A DNA stretch of 64,000 nucleotides from Flavobacterium sp. (GCA_008501705.1 QQUG01000022.1:922-64921); one strand, 5' to 3'; shown: positions 53,306 through 62,900, counted from the first letter of the stretch. The notes: generated by a model not told the origin, from the sequence alone. Numbers and translations are program-made.

Positions 53306-55540
53306 TTAAAAGCTGAAGCCCACCCGTACATGCCACTCGTCAGTATCGATTTCTGGTGAATAGGCATATTTTAATTCAATAGGGCCTAAAAAGGTCTCCA
53401 TACCATATCCAATAGAATACCCGGTATAGTCTATTTCATCGATCCATTCTCCGGTCTCGAACAATTGATCTCCCACATTACTTATGTTGGCAGCAAGGAT
53501 CAAATGTTGGTTCCTGGCAAACTCATAATCGAAGCTGGCAGCGCTCTTCAGGTAGGTGTCCCCTCTCAAGCTTAAGGCTTCGTAACCTAGCAGGGGAATA
53601 ATGTTATTGATACGCTCAAAACCATATCCTCCCAGGAAGAAATCCATGGAACGCGTATTGCTTCCTCCTAATTTAACCCCGCCTTCGGTATTTAAACGCA
53701 ACGTTAAATTGTTGGTCAGGCCAAGTGCATAGCCAATATTTGCTTTGGCAATGGAAAATTCCTCAAAATTCTTATTACTACCATTGGCAAACATGTAAAA
53801 ATGAAAATCCCCTTCCAAAAATAAACCCCTGGTAGGAAAAAATGAATCATCCATAGTATCGTATTTCACGTATCCGTAGGTACTGAAGTAATTTGTGTTT
53901 TCAAAGATGGTTCTCGGGTTGTTGTTTTCATCAATTCCTATGGTTTCTGAAAGATAACGGAGCCATTTATGTTCTACGCCGGCACCCAGTAAGAAGGATC
54001 GCCTGAAAAGTGTTTCCACATACAGTTGATTGGTAAAATCACCGTATTTTAACTGGAGTTGGTTAAGCTGAAGATTAGGTTCCGAGATTATATCGGGTGA
54101 AATAAAATCGATCTTCACATCTTTTTCGAAGAAACTATACCGGGAATTCAATCCAATACTCCAGTAAAACCCTTTGTCTATGTAATAATTGAAATTATAA
54201 CGCAGGTTATCGCCTACCACAAAATCGAAGGAGGCAATATCGTTGTTTGTAAATAAGCGTTTTCTGGTAATATTGATTAAGGCTGCTGTGCGATACAAAT
54301 TGTCGTAATGCGCCCCTAAGCGAAGTAAATTTCGCGAATCGCTTTCTATAAGATCAATAAACAATTTATGCTTTCCTTCCTCCATTTCTACCATACGATA
54401 GTTTATATCCTGAAAATTCCCCGTGGCGCTAAGATTATTGATCCCTTCATTTAGCCTTTTATAAGAGATCTGGTCCGGGGTTCTTATTTTAAGTTTACCA
54501 AGCACATAGGCTCGGGTATAATTCACATTGCCGGAGATCTCCACACTTTCTATAAAAATTGAAGACTCCTTTAGAAAGTCGGGTTTTGTTCTTGCCCGTT
54601 GTTTTTGCCTACTTGCAATTTCCCTTAATTGGGTAATGAATGGCTCTGCAGCCTCTTCTCCAGCCTCTATGATCTTTCGCCCCTGATCGAAGGAAACTAC
54701 TGTAAAATCGGTAATATTCGGATTGATGTAGATATCGGTCTTCTGTCGCTTTTTAGCCATATCTTCTATGGTCCTGTAGTTATTTATCTGCACCAGTACA
54801 TCGAAAGCTGAATTGAGGTCCTTCCTGCTCTTCAAAGTGTCCTGCACATCAACCCCAATAATTATGTCCATGCCTTTGGCTCTGAGGCGGTCTACCGGGT
54901 AATTGTTCTTAACTCCCCCGTCTACCAGCACCTGATCGTCAATTATCACCGGACTAAAAAGCGAAGGCAAGGCTCCACTAGCCGAAATTGCTTGTGGCAG
55001 GTAACCCCTTTCCATGATCACTTCCTTCCCTGTTTCTACATTCGTGGCCATACAGAAGAAAGGGATAGGCAATTTTCCAAAATCATCAATGTTATTAACA
55101 TGAGAGGTTAATCTGGAAAATAGATTATAAACGTTCTGTCCTTTCGAGAGCCCGCTGGGAAAGCTCACTTTGAAGCCGTCGAATGGCAGCGTCACGGCAT
55201 ATTTGTCTGTTTCAGCTTTTTCATAAAAAGTCTTGGAGCTTCTGGGGATATCATCCTGGATCAGTTCGTCGAAATCTAGATCTTCGAATATAGAATCCAG
55301 CTGCCTGGCGGTATAGCCCGAAGCATACAATCCGCCAATAATAGCCCCCATACTGGTTCCTCCAATATAGTCTATTTCAATTCCACTATCCTCAATGATC
55401 TTTAAGGCCCCGATGTGCGCAAGCCCTTTGGCTCCACCCCCGGAAAGGACCAGGCCAACCTTAGGATCGTCTGTTTCCGTCTGTGAGAAAGCCCATAGCG
55501 TTCCTAATAAAAATATAATGAGTGTTAGCTTTATTCTCAT
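53306..55540 (-). CDS. Patatin-like phospholipase + POTRA + beta-barrel (PlpD-type)
   Basis: LVLSGGGAKGLAHIG, GTSMG (Ser), VDGG (Asp), a central POTRA-like region, and a C-terminal barrel ending in RVGFSF. Confidence 0.88.
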   Translation of the reverse strand: MRIKLTLIIFLLGTLWAFSQTETDDPKVGLVLSGGGAKGLAHIGALKIIEDSGIEIDYIGGTSMGAIIGGLYASGYTARQLDSIFEDLDFDELIQDDIPRSSKTFYEKAETDKYAVTLPFDGFKVSFPSGLSKGQNVYNLFSRLTSHVNNIDDFGKLPIPFFCMATNVETGKEVIMERGYLPQAISASGALPSLFSPVIIDDQVLVDGGVKNNYPVDRLRAKGMDIIIGVDVQDTLKSRKDLNSAFDVLVQINNYRTIEDMAKKRQKTDIYINPNITDFTVVSFDQGRKIIEAGEEAAEPFITQLREIASRQKQRARTKPDFLKESSIFIESVEISGNVNYTRAYVLGKLKIRTPDQISYKRLNEGINNLSATGNFQDINYRMVEMEEGKHKLFIDLIESDSRNLLRLGAHYDNLYRTAALINITRKRLFTNNDIASFDFVVGDNLRYNFNYYIDKGFYWSIGLNSRYSFFEKDVKIDFISPDIISEPNLQLNQLQLKYGDFTNQLYVETLFRRSFLLGAGVEHKWLRYLSETIGIDENNNPRTIFENTNYFSTYGYVKYDTMDDSFFPTRGLFLEGDFHFYMFANGSNKNFEEFSIAKANIGYALGLTNNLTLRLNTEGGVKLGGSNTRSMDFFLGGYGFERINNIIPLLGYEALSLRGDTYLKSAASFDYEFARNQHLILAANISNVGDQLFETGEWIDEIDYTGYSIGYGMETFLGPIELKYAYSPEIDTDEWHVRVGFSF

Positions 55541-57333
55541 GGCATTTGCTGAAAATGCGTTACAATTTTTTTTGCCCTATCGGCTCCTACAACTACAGCG
55601 AGTTCTTCAAAATTCGCTGTAGCAATACGTTTGGTGCTCTTGAAGCGCTTCAATAATTCGACGATGGTTTTTTCGCCAATTCCCGAAATAGATTCCAGTT
55701 CTGTATTTAACGCATCCTTACTCCTTTTGTTTCGGTGAAATTCAATTCCGAAGCGATGTGCCTCATTCCGAAGTTGCTGTATAACCTTGAGGGTTTCAGA
55801 TTTCTTGTCGAGATACAGTGGGATGGGATCATCCGGATAAAATAGTTCTTCCAGACGCTTGGCTATCCCTACGATGGCGATCTTCCCCCGCAGGTTTAGT
55901 TTTTCGAGACTTTTAAGAGCCGATGATAACTGTCCCTTTCCTCCATCTATGATGATAAGTTGTGGCAATGGTTGCTCCTCTTCCAGCAATCTTTTGTAGC
56001 GCCTGTACACCACTTCCTCCATGGAGGCAAAATCATCCGGGCCCTCCACAGTTTTAATGTTGAATTTTCGGTAGTCCTTTTTACTGGGTTTTCCATTTTT
56101 AAATACCACGCAGGCCGCCACCGGATGTGTTCCCTGGATATTACTGTTATCGAAACATTCAATATGCCTGGGTTCTTCACTTAATCTAAGGTCGGTCTTC
56201 ATCTGTGCCATAATGCGTTTTTCATGACGGTCCGGGTCCACTATTTTGGCCTGTTTGAAGCGTTCCATCCTGAAGTACTTGGCATTGCGTTCGGAGAGGT
56301 CGAGTATCTTCTTTTTGTCGCCTAATTTCGGAACACTGACTTTCACGCCCGCTTCGGTCTTTATAGCGAAAGGAACATAGATCTCCCGTGACTGCGAATC
56401 GAAACGCTGGCGCAGTTCCACAACAGCCAGTTCGAGTAACACTTTGTCGGTCTCATCCAGTTTTTTTCTAATTTCCAGGGTATGCGACCGGATTATGCTT
56501 CCGAAGGAAACCTGCAGAAAATTTACATACGCATAAGTCTCATCGGAGACAATTGTGAAAATGTCCACATTGTTTATCTTAGGGTTTACAATGGTAGATT
56601 TGGCCTGATAATTCTCCAGAACCTCGATCTTCTCCTTTACCCGCTGCGCATCCTCAAACTGCATAAGAGCAGCATGTTTTTTCATCTGCTTCTTAAACCC
56701 ATTCAAGGAATCCTTGAAATTTCCTTTGATAATATTCCTGATAGCATCGATATTCGCTTCGTAATCTTCAATTGTTTGTTTCCCCTCACAGGGCCCCAGG
56801 CAATTCCCAAGGTGATATTCCAGGCAAACTTTGTATTTACCCGCGTTTATCTTCTCTTCAGACAGATCGTAATTACAGGTCCTAAGCTGGTATAGCTCTT
56901 TTACCAGGTCCAAAAGAGTATGCACCGTTTTCATACTGGTATAGGGGCCATAGTACTCGCTTCCGTCCTTAATAAACCTACGGGTGGAAAATACACGAGG
57001 AAACCGCTCTTTTTTAATGCAGATCCAGGGATAGGATTTATCGTCCTTCAGCATTACATTATAGCGGGGCTGATATTTTTTTATAAGATTATTTTCCAGG
57101 AGAAGGGCGTCCGTCTCTGTCGCTACCACAATGTGCTTAATGTTAACTATTTTCTTCACAAGCAGTCGCGTACGGCCATTGTCGTGCTTTTTATTGAAGT
57201 ACGATGCTACCCGTTTCTTCAGGTTGATCGCTTTCCCAACATATAATAGTTTATTTTCCTTATCGTAAAACTGATAGACTCCCGGTGACTCGGGAAGTGT
57301 TGAAATTTGAAGTTTTACTGGAGCTTTAGCCAT
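55537..57333 (-). CDS. uvrC: Excinuclease ABC subunit C
   Basis: GIY-YIG PGVYQF..LYVGKA, PRYNVMLKDDK, IECFDNSNIQG, IIIDGGKGQ, RNEAHRF and HhH ISGIG. Confidence 0.97.
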   Translation of the reverse strand: MAKAPVKLQISTLPESPGVYQFYDKENKLLYVGKAINLKKRVASYFNKKHDNGRTRLLVKKIVNIKHIVVATETDALLLENNLIKKYQPRYNVMLKDDKSYPWICIKKERFPRVFSTRRFIKDGSEYYGPYTSMKTVHTLLDLVKELYQLRTCNYDLSEEKINAGKYKVCLEYHLGNCLGPCEGKQTIEDYEANIDAIRNIIKGNFKDSLNGFKKQMKKHAALMQFEDAQRVKEKIEVLENYQAKSTIVNPKINNVDIFTIVSDETYAYVNFLQVSFGSIIRSHTLEIRKKLDETDKVLLELAVVELRQRFDSQSREIYVPFAIKTEAGVKVSVPKLGDKKKILDLSERNAKYFRMERFKQAKIVDPDRHEKRIMAQMKTDLRLSEEPRHIECFDNSNIQGTHPVAACVVFKNGKPSKKDYRKFNIKTVEGPDDFASMEEVVYRRYKRLLEEEQPLPQLIIIDGGKGQLSSALKSLEKLNLRGKIAIVGIAKRLEELFYPDDPIPLYLDKKSETLKVIQQLRNEAHRFGIEFHRNKRSKDALNTELESISGIGEKTIVELLKRFKSTKRIATANFEELAVVVGADRAKKIVTHFQQMP

Positions 57334-57338
57334 AGACT

Positions 57339-57346
57339 CAAAGATA
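57339..57346 (-). promoter_or_regulatory. -7 element (TATCTTTG) only 5 nt upstream of the uvrC ATG
   Basis: CAAAGATA on the plus strand; exact TAnnTTTG consensus. Confidence 0.5.
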
Positions 57347-57463
57347 CTTCTTGTTTTAAAACCCTATGGAATTAGGCGGCTAATTTTTCTGAGTCCTTGA
57401 GAAATTACACATTAAATCTTCGGAATCTAATTTTTGTTAAATTGCAGTAACTAATATTCTAGA

Positions 57464-58339
57464 ATGAATATCGCCATTTTATCACGCGGGGAAGGTTTAT
57501 ACTCCACCCGAAGTCTTTTTTTAGCCGGAGAATCCAGAAACCATGTGATGGAGGTGATCGATCCCAACCGCTGCACGCAAGCCATTATGGAAGGCAGGCC
57601 CGTACTTTACTATAACGACGAGCTTGTAGAGGATCTTCATGCGGTTATTCCGCGTATTGGAGCCTCGAACACCTATTTTGGTGCGGCATTGGTAAGGCAT
57701 TTACAAGCTATGGGTGTTTTTTGTGTGGCCGGGGCCGAACCTATTCTCCAATCCCGAAACAAATGGACTTGCAACCAGATACTGGCTCATGCTAAGATCC
57801 CGGTTCCAAGAACTGTACTGGGAATGTCTGTAGATGTGGACGCTATGCTGGAAATATTTGGTGACCCCCCATATATAATTAAGATCTTACAAGGAACACA
57901 TGGCCATGGGGTGATCCTGGCCGAAACATATACGTCTGCTGTTTCCACTATAGAAACGCTATTAACTGCAAAAGTTCGGTTTGTCATCCAGGAATTTATT
58001 GCCGAATCTCAAGGCTCCGATCTAAGAGTGATCGTAGTAGATGGGAAGGTAGTGGCGGCCATGAAGCGGCAAAGTCAGAAGGGAGAATTCAGGTCTAATC
58101 TTCACAGGGGAGGATCTTCAGATATGGTAGAATTAACCTATGCTGAAGAAAATAGTGCCCTTCGGGCAGCTAAAGCCCTTCGCTTAGGTGTCTGCGGGGT
58201 GGACATACTACAAAGTGAAAGAGGACCTTTGGTGCTGGAGGTAAATTCTACACCCGGACTGGAAGGTATAGAAACCACTACGGGGATCTCCATCGCGAGT
58301 AAGATAATAAGTTACATAGAGCGAAATAAGCGCAGATGA
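57464..58339 (+). CDS. rimK: RimK-family ATP-grasp alpha-L-glutamate ligase
   Basis: ILSR...LYSTR, VIPRIGAS, IIKILQGTHG.GV, IQEFI, FRSNLHRGG, GVDIL and LEVNSTPGLEGIE. Confidence 0.85.
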   Translation: MNIAILSRGEGLYSTRSLFLAGESRNHVMEVIDPNRCTQAIMEGRPVLYYNDELVEDLHAVIPRIGASNTYFGAALVRHLQAMGVFCVAGAEPILQSRNKWTCNQILAHAKIPVPRTVLGMSVDVDAMLEIFGDPPYIIKILQGTHGHGVILAETYTSAVSTIETLLTAKVRFVIQEFIAESQGSDLRVIVVDGKVVAAMKRQSQKGEFRSNLHRGGSSDMVELTYAEENSALRAAKALRLGVCGVDILQSERGPLVLEVNSTPGLEGIETTTGISIASKIISYIERNKRR

Positions 58340-59307
58340 CAAAAAAGAAAGCACAGGACATTGTATTATTTAAGGAAGTGATCCCCCCTGGCGCTTCCAA
58401 AGAGATCAATTTAAGTTTCGCAAAATTACACACCAATACCCCTATCGACGTGCCTATTTTTGTTGAAAGATCGATCTATGAAGGGCCCACCGTTTTATTT
58501 ACGGCAGGGATTCATGGGGATGAAGTTAATGGTATTGAAATAGTAAGGCAATTAGTTTCTAAAGGTATCAACAAGCCTAAGATAGGAACAACGATCTGCA
58601 TCCCGATCATCAATATTTTTGGATTCTTACAGAAGGTTCGAGAATTTCCGGACGGGCGCGACCTCAACAGGTCTTTTCCGGGTGGCAAATCCGGATCACT
58701 CGCTGCCAGGGTTGCCTACAAGTTGATGACACATATTATCCCCAATGTGGATTACTGCCTCGATTTTCATACAGGGGGGTCCAGCAGGTTCAATGCCCCC
58801 CATATCCGAATAGAGAAGGGAGACGATCATGTAACAGAACTAGCGGGAATATTTAATGCACCTTTTATCCTTCAATCCAAAAACCTCAAGAAATCCTTCC
58901 GAAATGCCTGTAGAAAGAAAGGCGTTCCTATGTTACTGTTTGAAGGCGGTAAATCCAACTATATAGACAATGTAGTAAGTAATACGGGAGTAAACGGATC
59001 GAAACGAGTGTTACATCATTTGGGGATGCTTCGTTCCAAATTTAAAGTGTCCTCTCCCAGGAAGAATTCGGTTACCATCACTAATAGTGTATGGGTAAGA
59101 GCCCACGCATCGGGTATGTTCAAGCCTGCTGTAAAAGTGGGTAGCCTGGTAAAACGCGGTGAAGTAATAGGCCACATTACCGATCCATACGGCAAGGTTC
59201 ATTACTGGATAAAATCCAGCAATGAGGGCTATGTATTCAATGTAAATGAGGCTCCTTTGGTTTATCAGGGTGATGCATTGTTTCATATTTCAACAGGCGT
59301 GATCTAA
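58336..59307 (+). CDS. Succinylglutamate desuccinylase/aspartoacylase family (M14-like) protein
   Basis: AGIHGDEVNG (HxxE), DLNRSFPG, LDFHTGG, LLFEGG and a C-terminal biotinyl-like domain. Confidence 0.9.
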   Translation: MTKKKAQDIVLFKEVIPPGASKEINLSFAKLHTNTPIDVPIFVERSIYEGPTVLFTAGIHGDEVNGIEIVRQLVSKGINKPKIGTTICIPIINIFGFLQKVREFPDGRDLNRSFPGGKSGSLAARVAYKLMTHIIPNVDYCLDFHTGGSSRFNAPHIRIEKGDDHVTELAGIFNAPFILQSKNLKKSFRNACRKKGVPMLLFEGGKSNYIDNVVSNTGVNGSKRVLHHLGMLRSKFKVSSPRKNSVTITNSVWVRAHASGMFKPAVKVGSLVKRGEVIGHITDPYGKVHYWIKSSNEGYVFNVNEAPLVYQGDALFHISTGVI

Positions 59308-59888
59308 TGAATAAGGACCAAATCCGTAAAAAATACAAGGCATTCCGAAACGATCTAAAGGAGGATGATATAGAGGCCCGCAGCTTGGAGATCGCCAATC
59401 GTAGTCTTGAGCTGTCCATTTGGGAAACCGATTATTATCATCTTTACCTGCCAATTACAGGTAAAAAAGAAGTTAATACGGAGTATTTACTACATATTCT
59501 ACAGGGAAAGGACAAGAGTGTGGTGATATCGCGATCTAATTTTGAAACGATGGAAATGGAGCATATTTTACTTCAGGAAAACACAAAAATAAAAGTTTCC
59601 GATTTTGGGATCCCAGAACCGGAAAATGGGGTGCAGATCGACCCTGAATTATTAGATGTGATCTTTGTTCCGCTACTGGCCTTCAACCATTTAGGGCATA
59701 GAGTTGGCTATGGAAAAGGATTTTACGACCGCTTTCTGTCTCGATGTCGCCCGGAAAGTGTTAAAGTGGGGCTTTCTTTGTTTGAAGCGGAGGAAAATTT
59801 TATCCATGAAAACATGGATTTTCCACTGGATTACTGCATTACACCGAAAAAAATATATGGTTTTAAAAATTCTAACCTATATTTATAG
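59307..59888 (+). CDS. ygfA: 5-formyltetrahydrofolate cyclo-ligase
   Basis: FGIPEP, LDVIFVPLLAF, HRVGYGKGFYDRFL and LDYCITP. Confidence 0.92.
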   Translation: MNKDQIRKKYKAFRNDLKEDDIEARSLEIANRSLELSIWETDYYHLYLPITGKKEVNTEYLLHILQGKDKSVVISRSNFETMEMEHILLQENTKIKVSDFGIPEPENGVQIDPELLDVIFVPLLAFNHLGHRVGYGKGFYDRFLSRCRPESVKVGLSLFEAEENFIHENMDFPLDYCITPKKIYGFKNSNLYL

Positions 59889-59916
59889 TCAATTAATAAC
59901 CAACTAAATAAAAATT

Positions 59917-60195
59917 ATGGAAACATCTAACAATCCAGCAGGAACTCCTCCCGATAACAATCTGGTATGGGCAATTATTTGTACAGTACTGTGTTGCCTA
60001 CCATTAGGTATTGTAGCTATTATTAAATCGACCAAGGTAAAAGAGCTTTGGCTACAAGGAGATCATGCAGGTGCTCAAAAAGCTGCTGATGATGCAAAGA
60101 AATACTCCATCTGGGGTATGGTTGTAGGTGGTGTTGTAGTAATACTTTATATCATTTTTGTTGTAGTATTAGGAGTTGCCGGTGGTGGATTCTAA
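59917..60195 (+). CDS. CD225/dispanin family membrane protein
   Basis: PDNNLVWAIICTVLCCLPLGIVAII.S.KV...GD..GA..A...AK is the dispanin signature. Confidence 0.88.
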   Translation: METSNNPAGTPPDNNLVWAIICTVLCCLPLGIVAIIKSTKVKELWLQGDHAGAQKAADDAKKYSIWGMVVGGVVVILYIIFVVVLGVAGGGF

Positions 60196-60199
60196 GAAA

Positions 60200-60583
60200 A
60201 TGTTATTTATCGCCCTCACGATCGTTATTCTTGGGGGCGGTTTTTTTTTATATTTCAATTATAATCCATCCAATAATTCACTTTTTCTTCCCTGTCCATT
60301 TAAATTACTATCCGGTTATAATTGCCCGGGATGTGGCTCACAACGTGCCATCCATCAATTACTTCACGGCGATCTGCAAACAGCTTTTCAACTAAATCCC
60401 TTAATGGTTCTCTCCTTACCCTTAATTGTTTATGGGTTGGGTATTAGAGGATATAATTATGTGTTCGAAACAAATCACCGAATTAAACTTTTTTACAGTA
60501 ATATCTTTATTTATGTTTACTTCGGAATCGCAGTGCTATACTGGGTTTTACGTAATTTGTCCTTTTATCCGTTCGTGAAATAA
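60200..60583 (+). CDS. DUF2752 family membrane protein
   Basis: PCPFKLLSGYNCPGCGSQRAIHQLLHGD...NPL motif; start moved to ATG 60200. Confidence 0.85.
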   Translation: MLFIALTIVILGGGFFLYFNYNPSNNSLFLPCPFKLLSGYNCPGCGSQRAIHQLLHGDLQTAFQLNPLMVLSLPLIVYGLGIRGYNYVFETNHRIKLFYSNIFIYVYFGIAVLYWVLRNLSFYPFVK

Positions 60584-60667
60584 ACCCAATTAAAATTTAC
60601 TTTGTTTTGAAGGAATTATCTTACAATTAAGATATTTTCGCTATATTTCGGACGTAAAGTTGAATGA

Positions 60668-61819
60668 ATGAACTTTTTGGCTCAGAAGCGCAGTAGAATA
60701 CTGTTGCAGAATAGTACTAATTACACTACATCCACGCCCCCGGATTCTGTTACTCCTGATCACTTTTACTACCAGGAATTATCGAAACTTACGGGATCGG
60801 GTGGATGGTCTGTGAATTTTAAGGAAAAGAAGAGTTTTCTGGATCCCGAAGGACAAAGAATACTGGAAATTCCCGAAGACTATCATCCTAGTCTTCGTAC
60901 CGCTTTAGACTTCTACGCAGACGAGCACAAAGAAAAAGTAACCGCACTTTTCATGGAATGTGCAGAAGGGCATCCTTTTACCACAACCTTGAAAATGCAA
61001 ACCTATAACAAGCGGCAATTCTGGGCACGAACAATAGGAAGGCCTATTTTCAATGAGGAAAACGAGGTGGTTGGGATTCAAGGGGTGTTTCAGGATATAA
61101 CCGACGATAAGCAGAAAGAAATTGAGTTGTTGAAAAGTATGAAGATCATCGAATCTCAAAACGCCAAACTCAACAACTTCGCAAATATTATCACCCATAG
61201 TCTTCGTTCACACGCCAGTAATCTTCAAATGGTTCTGGAGTTTTTCAAAGCAGCCGAATCGGAAACCGAACGGGATGAAATAAGCCAGAGTTTATACGAG
61301 ATTTCCGATAATATCTCAACAACTATCGGCCATCTGGCCGAATTAGGTTCTATTCAGGCCAAGGCTAAAGAACCAACCGAAACCGTTTATTTCGAACAGG
61401 TTTTGGTAGATGTTAAAAAGAAGATCAGACATACACTTACCGATACCCGTACAGAAATTTTTACCGATTTTTCTGAAGTTCCCTCCATAAAATACATTCC
61501 ATCCTATATGGAAAGTATACTGGTGAACCTCATTACAAACGCTGTGAAATACAGGCATCCTGAAAGAAGTCCGGTGATCGAGATCTACTCTTTTTTCGAA
61601 AACGACAACCCCTGTTTGATGGTAAAGGACAACGGTTTAGGGATCGACCTGGAGAAATACGGCAACAGGTTATTTAATATTTATCAAACTTTTCATCCCA
61701 ATAAAGATGCCGAAGGGGTGGACTTATTCCTTATTAAAAACAAGATCGAGTCGTTACAGGGAACTATCTCTGTTCAAAGTGAAGTGGACCAGGGAAGTAC
61801 ATTCACTATTCGGTTTTAA
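60668..61819 (+). CDS. Orphan PAS/PAC sensor histidine kinase (soluble)
   Basis: PAC-like FWARTIGRPIFNEENEVVGIQGVFQDITD; H-box ITHSLRSH; N-box NLITNAVKY; G1 KDNGLG; G2 altered to EGVDL. Confidence 0.85.
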   Translation: MNFLAQKRSRILLQNSTNYTTSTPPDSVTPDHFYYQELSKLTGSGGWSVNFKEKKSFLDPEGQRILEIPEDYHPSLRTALDFYADEHKEKVTALFMECAEGHPFTTTLKMQTYNKRQFWARTIGRPIFNEENEVVGIQGVFQDITDDKQKEIELLKSMKIIESQNAKLNNFANIITHSLRSHASNLQMVLEFFKAAESETERDEISQSLYEISDNISTTIGHLAELGSIQAKAKEPTETVYFEQVLVDVKKKIRHTLTDTRTEIFTDFSEVPSIKYIPSYMESILVNLITNAVKYRHPERSPVIEIYSFFENDNPCLMVKDNGLGIDLEKYGNRLFNIYQTFHPNKDAEGVDLFLIKNKIESLQGTISVQSEVDQGSTFTIRF

Positions 61820-62457
61820 TTATTTTTTTGCTGAAAACGCCTTAGGCTTATAGAACCTCGTTTGCTTGTGGCCTCTATAAAATAAGCTCCCTCCAGTTCC
61901 AATTCGTTAAATAAACTTCCTTCCTCCGAAACCGCTCTTCCTCCTACATTGGTTAGTGCAACTACAGTTATATTTCCGGAAATAGAATATAATCTGGCAT
62001 TCCCTCTGAAACCTAATAGTTCACAATTACCCTTATCAAGAGACGTTTCCAAAAACGAAACCACTCCCTCAAAACGTACAGACGCCGTGTTAGACCTAAT
62101 AACAACCGCCAGATCTTCGGGGACCTGTACCGTCATTTCTATAGACAGCACTTTGTGCGCAGCCAGCTTGTCGTTCTTTGGCTTGAAATAAGGACTAAAA
62201 CCGGTGCCGATCTTTAATGTCCTGTCAACAATTTTAGTATCCACCGTAACAGATTCGAAATATTCACCCTCCACTCTGGTTAAAAGAGCTATACTTCTGT
62301 TTGCTCCCGATTTGACCTTCACATTATAAACCTGATCCGAACTAATCCATAAGGTATCGATCCATGTTGCGTCCCATTGCTTCTCCATCTTTTTCTGGGC
62401 AAATAGGCCTGGAGTGGAAAGTAGAATAAGGGATATGAAGAGTAGATTTTTCAGCAT
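61816..62457 (-). CDS. Exported hypothetical protein (DUF4097/adhesin-like beta-helix suspected)
   Basis: Signal MLKNLLFISLILLSTPGLFA-Q; repeated short beta motifs with GN/GS turns in the C-terminal half. Confidence 0.6.
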   Translation of the reverse strand: MLKNLLFISLILLSTPGLFAQKKMEKQWDATWIDTLWISSDQVYNVKVKSGANRSIALLTRVEGEYFESVTVDTKIVDRTLKIGTGFSPYFKPKNDKLAAHKVLSIEMTVQVPEDLAVVIRSNTASVRFEGVVSFLETSLDKGNCELLGFRGNARLYSISGNITVVALTNVGGRAVSEEGSLFNELELEGAYFIEATSKRGSISLRRFQQKNN

Positions 62458-62462
62458 AAAAA

Positions 62463-62485
62463 ACCCCAAATAAAGAATTTGGGGT
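62463..62485 (-). terminator. Intrinsic terminator after dksA
   Basis: ACCCCAAAT-aaaga-ATTTGGGGT stem followed by a minus-strand U-run at 62458-62463. Confidence 0.6.
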
Positions 62486-62512
62486 AGATTTTAATATATT
62501 ATGACGCCTGGT

Positions 62513-62896
62513 CTATTTTTGCATGTTCTTCGCCTCAATGCTTAAAGTTGCATGAGGTACCAGCTTTAATCGTTCCGGATTGATAAGTTTACCCGTTACA
62601 CGACAAATACCGTAGGTTTTATTCTCAATACGGATAAGTGCGTTCTTTAGATCACGAATAAATTTTTCCTGTCTGATGGCCAGTTGGGAAGATGTTTCCT
62701 TACTCATTACCTCGCTGCCTTCATCGAAGGCCTTAAAAGTAGGTGAAGTATCGTCTGTACCATTATTACTATCGTTCTTATAAGCACTTTCTATTAGCTC
62801 AAGTTGTTCCTGCGCTTTTTCGATCTTCTCAAGGATAAGTTTTCTGAATTCCTCCAGTTCTTTATCACTATATCTGTTCTTAGCATCATTTGCCAT
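62513..62896 (-). CDS. dksA: TraR/DksA family transcription factor
   Basis: Coiled coil with NGTDD..PTFKAFDEG; C-terminal YGICRVTGKLI..ERL..VPHATLSIEAK. Confidence 0.9.
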   Translation of the reverse strand: MANDAKNRYSDKELEEFRKLILEKIEKAQEQLELIESAYKNDSNNGTDDTSPTFKAFDEGSEVMSKETSSQLAIRQEKFIRDLKNALIRIENKTYGICRVTGKLINPERLKLVPHATLSIEAKNMQK

Positions 62897-62900
62897 AGCT

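Noticed and set aside
62513-62896. DksA lacking the 4-Cys zinc finger (CRVT...HATLS)
   Set aside because: This is a common Zn-free variant in Bacteroidota DksA/TraR proteins, so not novel.
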